The notes under the pieces are model-generated. The model searched no databases and had not been told where the DNA came from. It saw nothing but the letters and a program-made list of their open reading frames with translations. A DNA stretch of 64,000 nt from Patescibacteria group bacterium (GTDB lineage: Bacteria; Patescibacteriota; Minisyncoccia; Phycocordibacterales; JBBTRF01). How positions within the stretch are numbered: the stretch's first letter is position 1; every line of letters starts with the position of its first letter. Position numbers and translations under genes: made by a program. The stretch covers positions 12,021 to 76,020 of the forward strand of contig JBBTRF010000002.1 of the NCBI GenBank assembly GCA_038065315.1, written 5' to 3'. This document shows positions 30,141-38,837 of this stretch, piece by piece.

Positions 30141-31953
30141 GGTATTTTTTGTGAGACTGTAGCCAGATTTCCAGGCAGTACAGTACCCAGATCTTGTAAT
30201 GATATTCATCTTTACCCTCGACGTAGAATCGGTGAAGCAATGCCTCGACCGCTTCTTTGTTCATCATTGAAAAGATCTCCGCCTTTGGGTCGGATAGCGT
30301 CTTCTCCACTTCGGTTTTAAATGCGCCTTCTCTTAGCCATTTCTTCACCGGTGCACCAAAGCCTTGCTTGCGACGATGAACGAATTCCTGCGGCATCACC
30401 TCGCCGAGCAGGTCCTTGAGGATGCGTTTGTATGTCGATCCATCGGTTTTGTATTCATCGGGTAGGTTGTACACGAATTCCGCCAGCTTGTGGTCGAGGA
30501 AGGGCGAGCGCACTTCGAGTGAGTTCATCATGCCGGCTCGGTCGGCTTTCACCAAAAGGAGGCCAGGGAGGTAGGTGGTGAGGTCGAAGAGGTTGATCTT
30601 TCGGGCGGATGAGAGGGTCGAATGCGCGACTTGTGTATTGATGATACCGCCACCTTCATTGCTGCTGCCAGGTTGTTTCTTCCACAGTCGTCTTTTTTCA
30701 GATGAACTGAATACGCTGATTGCTCGTATGTATCCAGCAAATGGGCTCAGAAATACTTTCTCAATAAAATTCTTTCGGTACGACAGATGCTTGTGTCGAG
30801 TGTACCAACCATAGCCCAGGAAGAGTTCGTCTGCGCCGTCACCAGAAAGTGCCACCTTCACTTTCTCAGCGGTAGAGCGGGAGAGAAGAAACTGAGGGAA
30901 GTCCGATGAGTCGGCGTGTGGTTCGTCAAAATATGCGAGGGCACTACGGAGCTCGCCAACAGCGTCATCTTTGGCTTGTAGGGGGTAATGTTCGGTACCG
31001 ATCTTCTGAGAAGCCTCGAGGGCGAAGGGGAGTTCGTTGATATAGTTTTGGTACCCGATTGAAAAAGTCTTGATTGGGGTCTTGGAAAAAGATTGTGCGA
31101 GGTGGGTGACCAGCGTGGAGTCTACGCCGCCAGAGAGGAAGGAACCGATCTCTACGTCGGCGATCATGCGCTTGCGCACTGCATCGGTGAGTAGTCTTCG
31201 GACGCCCTCCTTTGCCTCAGCGTATGTCAGTGTTTTTGTGTCGGTTCCGTTCGGTACGGTTTTTTCAAGTTTCCAGTACTGAGAAATCACCAAACGATCT
31301 TCAGTGTTTGTATTCTGAAAATCCAAAGTTGCACAAGACGCCGGTGGTAAGGTGTAAATATTTTTGTAGGTAGTTTTCCATGGCGGGATGTACATCAAGG
31401 TGAGATAGTCGTCGATGGCGGCTGGATTGAGTACGCCCTTTATTTTCCCCGATGCGAAGATTGCCTTGATTTCTGAGGCGAATATCAACGCACCGTTTTG
31501 GTCGTACGCATAATATAATGGCTTTTTCCCAAATCGATCTCGTGCCAAAAAAAGCTGCTGCTTTTCATCATCCCAAATAGCGAAAGCAAACATGCCGTCG
31601 AGATGTTTCGGACACTCAGCCCCGTATTCTTGGTAGGCTTTCAAAATCACCTCGGTGTCTGAATTGGTCGAGAAAGTATGACCTTTTTTTTGAAGCACAC
31701 TGCGCAGCTCGCGATAATTATAGATCTCGCCGTTGAAAGTTACGGTGAGGTTATTTGCGTTGTCCCGCATCGGCTGATGTCCGCCAGAAAGATCGATGAT
31801 CGAGAGTCGTGTTTGCGCTAGGACACATCGGTTGTATCGCGCGATCCCCTTGTCGTCTGGACCTCTCTTGGCTAGTGTGTCGAGCATCGAGCCGAGCATT
31901 CGGTCGTCGTATGTCTCAATGTTTGCGCCGGTAATGCCCAGGATTCCGCACAT
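30127..31953 (-). CDS. asnB: Asparagine synthase-family amidotransferase
   Basis: MCGI, RGPD, RLSIID, FNGEIYN, LSGGVDS, LSGDGADE. Confidence 0.92.
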   Translation of the reverse strand: MCGILGITGANIETYDDRMLGSMLDTLAKRGPDDKGIARYNRCVLAQTRLSIIDLSGGHQPMRDNANNLTVTFNGEIYNYRELRSVLQKKGHTFSTNSDTEVILKAYQEYGAECPKHLDGMFAFAIWDDEKQQLFLARDRFGKKPLYYAYDQNGALIFASEIKAIFASGKIKGVLNPAAIDDYLTLMYIPPWKTTYKNIYTLPPASCATLDFQNTNTEDRLVISQYWKLEKTVPNGTDTKTLTYAEAKEGVRRLLTDAVRKRMIADVEIGSFLSGGVDSTLVTHLAQSFSKTPIKTFSIGYQNYINELPFALEASQKIGTEHYPLQAKDDAVGELRSALAYFDEPHADSSDFPQFLLSRSTAEKVKVALSGDGADELFLGYGWYTRHKHLSYRKNFIEKVFLSPFAGYIRAISVFSSSEKRRLWKKQPGSSNEGGGIINTQVAHSTLSSARKINLFDLTTYLPGLLLVKADRAGMMNSLEVRSPFLDHKLAEFVYNLPDEYKTDGSTYKRILKDLLGEVMPQEFVHRRKQGFGAPVKKWLREGAFKTEVEKTLSDPKAEIFSMMNKEAVEALLHRFYVEGKDEYHYKIWVLYCLEIWLQSHKKYHVAD

Positions 31954-31977
31954 AATAATAGTTGATTAAATAAAAAA

Positions 31978-33240
31978 TTACGGGTGCTGGGTGAATCTAA
32001 AGTCGAACAGCACCTTGCTTGGTACTGGCGGCAGCCGCTTGGTGCGATAGAAGCCGGCATTGTCGACGTTGATGACCGCAGCGTCGACAACAACATCGAG
32101 GATCTCGGAGTTCAGGCTATCGGTGGCCATGAAGAGGTCAAGTAGGTACTCACCAGTTTCCAAGTTGAAATGTTTGATCTCTACTTCGATCATGCCTTTT
32201 CCGGGTTTGAGTTCGATCTTCTGATCGAGGACAGAGTTGGTGATATTCGACAGGTCTTCGCCTTTCGCATTTTTGATGCCGATGGATACTTTTGCATTCA
32301 CGTACGGCGTAATCGTTTTATTCACATAGCCGATGGCGAGTCGCAGTAAATGCTTCTCTTGGTCCATCTCGATGACTTCGCACGAGTTGAAGCGTACAAA
32401 GCCGCTGCCCTTGCGATCTGTGCGTGCGCCGAGGTCAGAGTCGCTCATTTCTTTTCGAGTGTGTAGGTAGAAATCAATGACCTCTTTTGTGTTGCCGACC
32501 ATCTTTACTCGGCCGCCATCAATCAGCACACATTTGGTACAGAGCTTTTCGACGGCCGCCATGTTGTGGCTCACGAAGAGGATGGTTCGGCCGGTTTCCT
32601 TCACCACTTCTTCCATTTTGCCAAGACACTTCTTTTGGAATTCCGCATCACCAACAGCCAACACTTCATCCACAAGCAGAATGTCGGGCTCCATGTGTGC
32701 TGCGACGGAGAACGCCAGGCGTACGTACATGCCGCTCGAGTAATATCGCACTGGCGTGTCGAGGAATTTTTCTACGCCGGAGAAGGCGACGATGGCATCG
32801 AACTTCTGCGAGATTTCTTTCCGAGTCATGCCCAAGATCGCTCCGTTTAGATAGATATTTTCTCGGCCGGTGAGTTCAGGGTGAAAGCCTGTGCCCACTT
32901 CGAGGAGGGAAGCCACTCGTCCGCGCATGATGATCTCGCCTTCAGTCGGCGGGGTGATACCGGTGAGGATTTTCAAGAGAGTGGATTTGCCGGCGCCGTT
33001 CGAACCGATGATACCGATAATCTCACCTTTGTTGATTGATAAATCCACCTCCCGGAGCGCCCAAAAGGCTTCCTTGGTATCTATTCCCATTGCCGTTTTT
33101 GCTTTGTGTGCGGCAAAGCGGAAAGGATTTTTAAAAATATTTGCCAGAACGTCGCGCAGTGCAATGTAACCGCCCGCGCTGTGGCTGATGGTGTACTTCT
33201 TGCCGATTCCCTTGATTTCGATGATTGGTTGCATGGTCAT
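31978..33240 (-). CDS. wzt: Polysaccharide ABC exporter ATPase with C-terminal Wzt_C-like domain
   Basis: GSNGAGKST, YSSGM, LLVDE, FHPELTGREN. Confidence 0.92.
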   Translation of the reverse strand: MTMQPIIEIKGIGKKYTISHSAGGYIALRDVLANIFKNPFRFAAHKAKTAMGIDTKEAFWALREVDLSINKGEIIGIIGSNGAGKSTLLKILTGITPPTEGEIIMRGRVASLLEVGTGFHPELTGRENIYLNGAILGMTRKEISQKFDAIVAFSGVEKFLDTPVRYYSSGMYVRLAFSVAAHMEPDILLVDEVLAVGDAEFQKKCLGKMEEVVKETGRTILFVSHNMAAVEKLCTKCVLIDGGRVKMVGNTKEVIDFYLHTRKEMSDSDLGARTDRKGSGFVRFNSCEVIEMDQEKHLLRLAIGYVNKTITPYVNAKVSIGIKNAKGEDLSNITNSVLDQKIELKPGKGMIEVEIKHFNLETGEYLLDLFMATDSLNSEILDVVVDAAVINVDNAGFYRTKRLPPVPSKVLFDFRFTQHP

Positions 33241-33256
33241 GTGTTTTGGATGGCGA

Positions 33257-34093
33257 CTAGATCACGTCGGCAAAGTAGCGCTCGACCTTTTTGAAATATA
33301 CGGTACCGATCACGAGGAGCACGAGGCAGGCAGCGAAAGAGATTGACACCAACTCCCAATTGATGGGCGCTGTGCCCAACAAAGTTGCGCGTGCTGTTTG
33401 GATGACACCCATCATCGGGTTGAGTGCGAGTAGCCAGGAGTATTTTCCAGCAATACTCGCTGGATAGATAACCGGTGTCACAAAGAGGAGGGTTTGAATG
33501 AAAAAGGGCAACACGAAACGCACATCGCGATACTTCACGTTGATCGCCGCGAGGAAGAGCCCGCCGCCGACCGCGGCCATAAAGGTGATGATGAGTAAGA
33601 GTGGAATCACGGCAATACTTGCAAGCTCCGGCACGTATCCGTAGTAGATCATCATGCCGGCGAGAATAAAAGCGGCAATGGCGAAGTCGACGAATTTGGT
33701 GGTCACTGAAGAGAGCGGCAGAATCAAGCGTGGAAAATACACTTTGGTGATGATGGCCTGGTTTGAAATGAGTACGTTGCTTGTGTCGCTCAGTGCGCCA
33801 GAGAAGAATTGCCAGAAGAGTAGGCCAACATACACGAAGATTGGGTAAGGGACGTTGTCAGAAGGGATTTGAGCCAGTGTGCCGAAGAAGACGCTAAACA
33901 CCACCATCGTAATGAACGGCTGGAAGATCGCCCAGAGTGCACCGATTGCTGTCTGCTTGTAGCGCACCTTCAGGTCGCGCCACGTGAAGAAAGCAAGGAG
34001 CTCGCGATAATTCCAAACCTCACGAAAATCATAAAGGCTAAATGTCTTTTTTGGCCGAATGATATTTTCGATGGTCTCTGTTGAGGTGGGCAT
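33257..34093 (-). CDS. wzm: Polysaccharide ABC exporter permease
   Basis: RDLKVRYKQT, KVYFPR, TPVIYP, LNPM. Confidence 0.92.
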   Translation of the reverse strand: MPTSTETIENIIRPKKTFSLYDFREVWNYRELLAFFTWRDLKVRYKQTAIGALWAIFQPFITMVVFSVFFGTLAQIPSDNVPYPIFVYVGLLFWQFFSGALSDTSNVLISNQAIITKVYFPRLILPLSSVTTKFVDFAIAAFILAGMMIYYGYVPELASIAVIPLLLIITFMAAVGGGLFLAAINVKYRDVRFVLPFFIQTLLFVTPVIYPASIAGKYSWLLALNPMMGVIQTARATLLGTAPINWELVSISFAACLVLLVIGTVYFKKVERYFADVI

Positions 34094-34123
34094 GGTGAAG
34101 AGATGGGACTGAATTCTAGAATA

Positions 34124-34408
34124 TTACCACTTATTAATCTTCTTCACGACCTTCTTCTTCGCGCTCAAATACGTGCGGACGGCTTCACGCTCGAGTTCTG
34201 GAGAGACGAGGCGAAGGATTTCTTTGCCGAGAATACGGTACTGGCCACCCACTTTGTTGGCACGCAACAGGCCGCGTTTTAGGAGGCGCTTGATCGTGCT
34301 CTCGCTGATGCGCAGGATGTCCTGCGTTTCGTTGGTGGTATAGATGCCGAGCGGCGCAACTTCCGTAATACCGCTTGCGACAGAGGTGTTTTGGGTCAGT
34401 CGATTCAT
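34124..34408 (-). CDS. HTH_17 (excisionase/MerR-like, BldC-type) DNA-binding protein
   Basis: YTTNETQDILRISESTIKRLLKRGLLRANKVGGQYRI. Confidence 0.85.
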   Translation of the reverse strand: MNRLTQNTSVASGITEVAPLGIYTTNETQDILRISESTIKRLLKRGLLRANKVGGQYRILGKEILRLVSPELEREAVRTYLSAKKKVVKKINKW

Positions 34409-34415
34409 GAAGTAC

Positions 34416-34453
34416 ATAGTAGCAGAAAAGTCAAAAGGTGTCAAAATGTGTCA
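34416..34453 (-). promoter_or_regulatory. Promoter with 10-bp-period direct repeats over the -35
   Basis: TTGACA-17-TACTAT on the minus strand; TGACACattt TGACACcttt TGAC. Confidence 0.65.
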
Positions 34454-34462
34454 TGTGGATAA
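34454..34462. promoter_or_regulatory. DnaA box
   Basis: TGTGGATAA, the reverse complement of TTATCCACA; intergenic. Confidence 0.5.
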
Positions 34463-34543
34463 TCGTCGGCGGGGTCGGCGCCGCCTATCGGTGCGTGATG
34501 GTTCCCAAAAGGGTGGCACCTTCGGCTTCAGTGCGGTATAGTT

Positions 34544-36802
34544 ATGCCCATGAATACTGAATATATTGCAAAATGGGTGGCTCGCGCAGGCATGTTCCTG
34601 CTTCTGATCGTACCTTTCGTCGTGGCCGATGGCATGCTCTTCCCGAATTCCTTCTTTCCATTTATCACCGGCAAAGCTTTCGTTTTTCGTTTTTTGGTGG
34701 AAGTGATTCTTGCGGCATGGCTCGTCCTCGCCTTTGTCGATGAACAATATCGCCCGCGCTCGTCCTGGATCGCGCGGGCTGTCGGCGTCTTCATCCTCGT
34801 CATGTTCATTGCCGACCTCGGCAGTGAAAATCCGTTCAAAAGTTTCTGGTCCAACTTCGAGCGCATGGAAGGCTTCGTCACGCTCATTCACCTCGGCGCC
34901 CTTTTCCTTGTGGCCGGTTCGCTGCTCAAAACCGAGGCTTTGTGGAACCGTTTCTGGCAGAGCTCTCTCGTGGCGAGCGTGCTCATGGCGGCGTACGGCC
35001 TGTTTCAGCTCGAGGGTTGGGCGTTGATTCATCAGGGCAGTACGCGCCTCGATGCGTCACTTGGTAATTCCGCCTATCTCGCGGCCTACATGATTTTCCA
35101 CGTGTTCATTGCGCTTTTCCTCTTGCTTCGCTACGTAAAAAAATACGCCGGCACTTCTCAGTGGTCGGCTTGGTTGCCTTCGCTCTATGGTGCAGCTGCC
35201 TTGCTCGACCTCACCGTCCTATATCACACCGCTACTCGTGGCGCCCTCATCGGTACCGCTCTTGGACTTACAGTGATCGCTGTTGGCTTGGCGGCTTTTG
35301 AAAAGGAACAGAAAGTCCTCCGCAATATCGGTATTGGTGCGCTCATTGCGATTGTGTTGGGTATCAGCGCCCTCTTCATTGGCAAAAATAGCGATTTCGT
35401 GAAGAAGAGCGAAGTACTTTCGCGTTTCAGCAGCTTGGCGACCTTCGATGTTTCCTCGATCGCGCAGGGCGAAGGGAAGTCCCGATTCAAGATTTGGAAT
35501 ATGGCCTGGGAAGGCGTGAAGGAGCGTCCGATTCTTGGTTGGGGACAGGAGAGTTTTAATTACCTTTTCTACAAACACTACTCCCCGGAGATGTATGACC
35601 AAGAGCCATGGTTCGACCGTGCGCACAATGTGTTTCTCGATTGGCTGGTGGCCGGCGGCTTTCTTGGCTTGCTATCATATCTCGCGATATTTGCTGCGCT
35701 CATTACGCTGGTCTGGAAAAAGCACATGCCATTCAGCTTGCCGGAACGGCTGACACTCATAGCTTTGGTGGTCGCATATTTTATCCACAATATTTTCGTG
35801 TTTGATCAGCTCGTGAGCTACCTCTACTTCTTCCTCGTGCTCGCGTACATCCACGCGCTGTATCATCACACTCGCGAGGGGCAGGGCGAGACGAAGGTCG
35901 GGATCTGGTGGAAGGCACATCGCCAAACGCTCGAAGATGCCGGCGTGCCTGTGGTGCTCGTACTGTTTGTTGCGGTCGTCTGGGCGGTGAATTGGAGCGG
36001 CTTCGCGCAGGCGACTCGTCTCATCGATGCCATCTCTCCACAAAAAGAGGGGTTGGCAAAAAATATCGAAATGTTTAAGGATGTTCTCGACCGTCGATCG
36101 ATGGGGTTGTATGAATCTCGCGAACGCCTTGCTGAAATAGCGGTGCAGATGAGCCGTGCAAATGTCGATCAGCTGCAGAAGACAGAAGTATTCAATTTGG
36201 CATATGCTGAACTCAAGAAGCAGCTCGAAGAGACTCCAAATGATGTGCGCTATCTCTACTTCGTGTCTTCTTTCTTGTCGTCGTACCAGCGATATTCAGA
36301 GGCTTTGCCACACGCGCTAAAAGCGGTGGAATTGTCGCCAAAGAAACAGATGTTGTTGATAAATCTCGGCGGTATTTATCTCAATATCGGGCAGGTAAAG
36401 GAAGCCTTGGCGGCATACAAGACGGCGTTCGACCTTGCTCCAAAATATGAAGAAGCACGATTGTCGTATGCGGTCGCAGCGGTATATGCAGGTGACGAGG
36501 CGTTGCAGAAACAGTTGCTCGAGCCGGTATACGGCACAACGCTCATGACTGATCAACGTTTCTTGCAGGCATATGTTAATACAAAACAGCCGCAAAAGGC
36601 GATTCGTGCGCTCAGCGCGTTGGTTGCAGCTACGGTGCCAGATGATTTGCAACTTCGGCTCAAGCTCGCTTCGTTGTATTTGCAGACTGGCGACAAGGCC
36701 GGAGCGATTGTCCAGGTGAAAAGGGCTGGCGAACTGCATCCGGAATTTGCTCAGGAAGTGCCGGCGTATTTGAAGGAGATTGCGAACTACAAAGGGAATT
36801 AG
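34544..36802 (+). CDS. O-antigen ligase / O-oligosaccharyltransferase family protein with C-terminal TPRs
   Basis: About 12 TM; SLGNS, TATRG, SRFKIW, RPILGWG, RAHN...GGFLG; helical TPR tail. Confidence 0.88.
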   Translation: MPMNTEYIAKWVARAGMFLLLIVPFVVADGMLFPNSFFPFITGKAFVFRFLVEVILAAWLVLAFVDEQYRPRSSWIARAVGVFILVMFIADLGSENPFKSFWSNFERMEGFVTLIHLGALFLVAGSLLKTEALWNRFWQSSLVASVLMAAYGLFQLEGWALIHQGSTRLDASLGNSAYLAAYMIFHVFIALFLLLRYVKKYAGTSQWSAWLPSLYGAAALLDLTVLYHTATRGALIGTALGLTVIAVGLAAFEKEQKVLRNIGIGALIAIVLGISALFIGKNSDFVKKSEVLSRFSSLATFDVSSIAQGEGKSRFKIWNMAWEGVKERPILGWGQESFNYLFYKHYSPEMYDQEPWFDRAHNVFLDWLVAGGFLGLLSYLAIFAALITLVWKKHMPFSLPERLTLIALVVAYFIHNIFVFDQLVSYLYFFLVLAYIHALYHHTREGQGETKVGIWWKAHRQTLEDAGVPVVLVLFVAVVWAVNWSGFAQATRLIDAISPQKEGLAKNIEMFKDVLDRRSMGLYESRERLAEIAVQMSRANVDQLQKTEVFNLAYAELKKQLEETPNDVRYLYFVSSFLSSYQRYSEALPHALKAVELSPKKQMLLINLGGIYLNIGQVKEALAAYKTAFDLAPKYEEARLSYAVAAVYAGDEALQKQLLEPVYGTTLMTDQRFLQAYVNTKQPQKAIRALSALVAATVPDDLQLRLKLASLYLQTGDKAGAIVQVKRAGELHPEFAQEVPAYLKEIANYKGN

Positions 36803-36819
36803 GCGGTCGCTACAGGTGG

Positions 36820-36847
36820 TTGCACCCGCCGAGGCCGGTGGTATAAT
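36820..36847 (+). promoter_or_regulatory. Promoter
   Basis: TTGCAC-16-TATAAT with extended TG. Confidence 0.6.
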
Positions 36848-36852
36848 AGACA

Positions 36853-36929
36853 GGTGAGTGACTGACAACCTGTTGGACACCCAAAAAATGTATACGTGAG
36901 TCCCCGCCTTGGCGGGGTTTCGCGTTTTT
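36853..36929 (+). ncRNA. Candidate ~77-nt sRNA or terminated leader
   Basis: Promoter upstream; ends in an ACGTGAG-CCCCGC/GCGGGG-TTTCGCGT hairpin plus T5. Confidence 0.45.
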
Positions 36930-36950
36930 GGCCGGCGCGGTATGATAGGA

Positions 36951-37067
36951 GGGCGGGCCTTTCTCGGCCTGTTGTGTCCGGCGATGGTGAGCGGCTGCAC
37001 TCACATAATACATTACATTTGGAGCCGACTCCGCTCACCATCACTCGACGCAACGTATCTACCGCCC
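36951..37067. repeat. Long imperfect inverted repeat upstream of murB
   Basis: Nested arms GGGCGG/CCGCCC, GTTGTGTC/GACGCAAC and GATGGTGAGCGG/CCGCTCACCATC. Confidence 0.8.
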
Positions 37068-37082
37068 ACGTTTTATTCTGAC

Positions 37083-38141
37083 ATGATCGCGATCCAAAAA
37101 AACGTTCCTTTGAGCAGCCTGACAACGTTTCGCGTTGGCGGTGACGCTGCATATTTCTGTGAAGTGCGGACGCCGGTGGAGCTTGCGGAAGCATCGGCGC
37201 TGTTTGTGAAGAACCGGCAAACGTATGGCAGTTTTTTCATCCTCGGCGAAGGTTCGAATACGCTCGCACTCGACGGTGGCTATGCTGGTCTCGCGGTCCG
37301 CGTGCTGATCAAGGGCGTGAAGTGGAAAGAGATTGTCGATGCTGCTGCGTGCGACAAGGTGGAGGTGGTGTCCGGCGGCGGGGAGCACTGGGATGATCTT
37401 GTTGGACTCACTGTGGGCAAGGGCTATTATGGCTTGGAAAATTTGTCGGGGATTCCTGGGACGGTCGGTGCCGCGCCAGTACAAAATATCGGCGCGTATG
37501 GTGCGGAGGTGAAGGATTGCATTTCTTTTGTTGAAGCGTTTCACTTTGAGACCGGTGAGACGCGGATGTTTACGCCCGAAGAGTGCTGTTTCGGGTATCG
37601 GGACAGTTTTTTCAAGAGTGTTGAGGGCCGCTTGTGGGTGATCACGAAGGTAGGTTTTTTGCTCGACAAAAAAGGCCGCGTCAATATTGGCTACAAGGAT
37701 CTGAAGACGCGATTTACTGAGCGATATTCGAGCCAAGTGTCGCTCGCGGAGGTGCGCGATGCTGTTTTGGAGATTCGCAAGCAAAAGTTGCCGGATATTT
37801 CGCTGCTTGGTACGGCCGGTTCGTTTTTCAAAAATCCAATCATCCGCGCGGAGCTGTACAAGGAGCTGCAGGAGGAGTATCCGGCCATGCCGGGCTTTGT
37901 GGAGAGTGATGGGCGAGTGAAAGTGCCGCTGGCGTGGGTGCTCGACAACGTGTGTGGGCTGAAGGGATGGAAAAATGCGAATGGCCGCGTCGGACTCTAC
38001 GAAAAGCAGCCGCTCGCGCTGGTGAATTTTGGCGGCGCGACGGCTGCCGAAGTGGCCGACGCGGCCGAAATGGTCGCCCTGGCCGTGAAAGAGAAGACCG
38101 GTATCGAGATCGAGTGGGAAGTGCAAAAGCTTGGGGCGTAG
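37083..38141 (+). CDS. murB: UDP-N-acetylmuramate dehydrogenase
   Basis: TTFRVGG, LGEGSN, GIPGTVGAAPVQNIGAYG, FGYRDS, AGSFFKNP. Confidence 0.95.
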   Translation: MIAIQKNVPLSSLTTFRVGGDAAYFCEVRTPVELAEASALFVKNRQTYGSFFILGEGSNTLALDGGYAGLAVRVLIKGVKWKEIVDAAACDKVEVVSGGGEHWDDLVGLTVGKGYYGLENLSGIPGTVGAAPVQNIGAYGAEVKDCISFVEAFHFETGETRMFTPEECCFGYRDSFFKSVEGRLWVITKVGFLLDKKGRVNIGYKDLKTRFTERYSSQVSLAEVRDAVLEIRKQKLPDISLLGTAGSFFKNPIIRAELYKELQEEYPAMPGFVESDGRVKVPLAWVLDNVCGLKGWKNANGRVGLYEKQPLALVNFGGATAAEVADAAEMVALAVKEKTGIEIEWEVQKLGA

Positions 38142-38313
38142 TCTTCGGTACTTCGTCGTCAGGTGCTATCAACAAGTTGCTATTGATTTTTTATATGTTA
38201 GGTGTACGCTGATAAGTAGGTTTTTCATCCAAGGTTTCCGGCGCTGTTCGCCTCGAGCGAATTAAGCAGTGCTTGAAGGAGGCTGAAGGTGATGAACAAC
38301 GAAAGGCACACCA

Positions 38314-38697
38314 GTGAAAGTCAATCAGTGGACATTGGGCATCGCGGCTGCAGGCGTCATCGCCTTCGCCACGCTCTGCTCGATCGCAGGCAAGTCTGAT
38401 CCGCCGGCACAAGTTGTCATCGGTCAGTCATCGCAAACGGAAATCATCGCGCAGTCCGACACCCTGGCCGAGGACATCTCGCCGCCACGCGTCGCTGTTG
38501 CCATCCAAAACGACGCCGTTGGCACCATCGCCAAGACCGACTCGAGCGCGTTCACTGAGAAGGAGGTGGTTGTCTTCGGACCGAAACTTGCCGGTGGTGT
38601 CGTCATTTCCAGCTTCGGCACCGCCTACTACGCCACTGTCGCGCACCTACATCCGCGCGTCTTGGCGATCCCGACTGCCGCCGCCGTGGTCGTCTAG
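38314..38697 (+). CDS. Hypothetical exported protein (monocistronic)
   Basis: GAAAGG then GTG start; N-terminal signal/TM; followed by a terminator. Confidence 0.6.
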   Translation: MKVNQWTLGIAAAGVIAFATLCSIAGKSDPPAQVVIGQSSQTEIIAQSDTLAEDISPPRVAVAIQNDAVGTIAKTDSSAFTEKEVVVFGPKLAGGVVISSFGTAYYATVAHLHPRVLAIPTAAAVVV

Positions 38698-38738
38698 GTT
38701 TACAAGTTCACAGAAGTCATCTGAGCCTCGCGCTCAGG

Positions 38739-38779
38739 ACCCCCCCGTACGGCTCACGCTGTGCGGGGCGGTTTTCTTT
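38739..38779 (+). terminator. Intrinsic terminator
   Basis: CCCCGTACGGC/GCTGTGCGGGG stem plus T-rich tail. Confidence 0.65.
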
Positions 38780-38837
38780 CATTTTTTCACGGAAAACCTA
38801 CCGAAAAAGGCCTCAATATGCTACTATTGTCCGACCA

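Noticed and set aside
34124-34408. Prophage excisionase
   Set aside because: No integrase or phage genes; the gene heads the wzm-wzt operon.
34454-34462. Replication origin
   Set aside because: Isolated boxes only; no box cluster, DUE or dnaA gene.
36951-37067. 6S RNA
   Set aside because: Too short, no clear central bubble, and no terminator after it.
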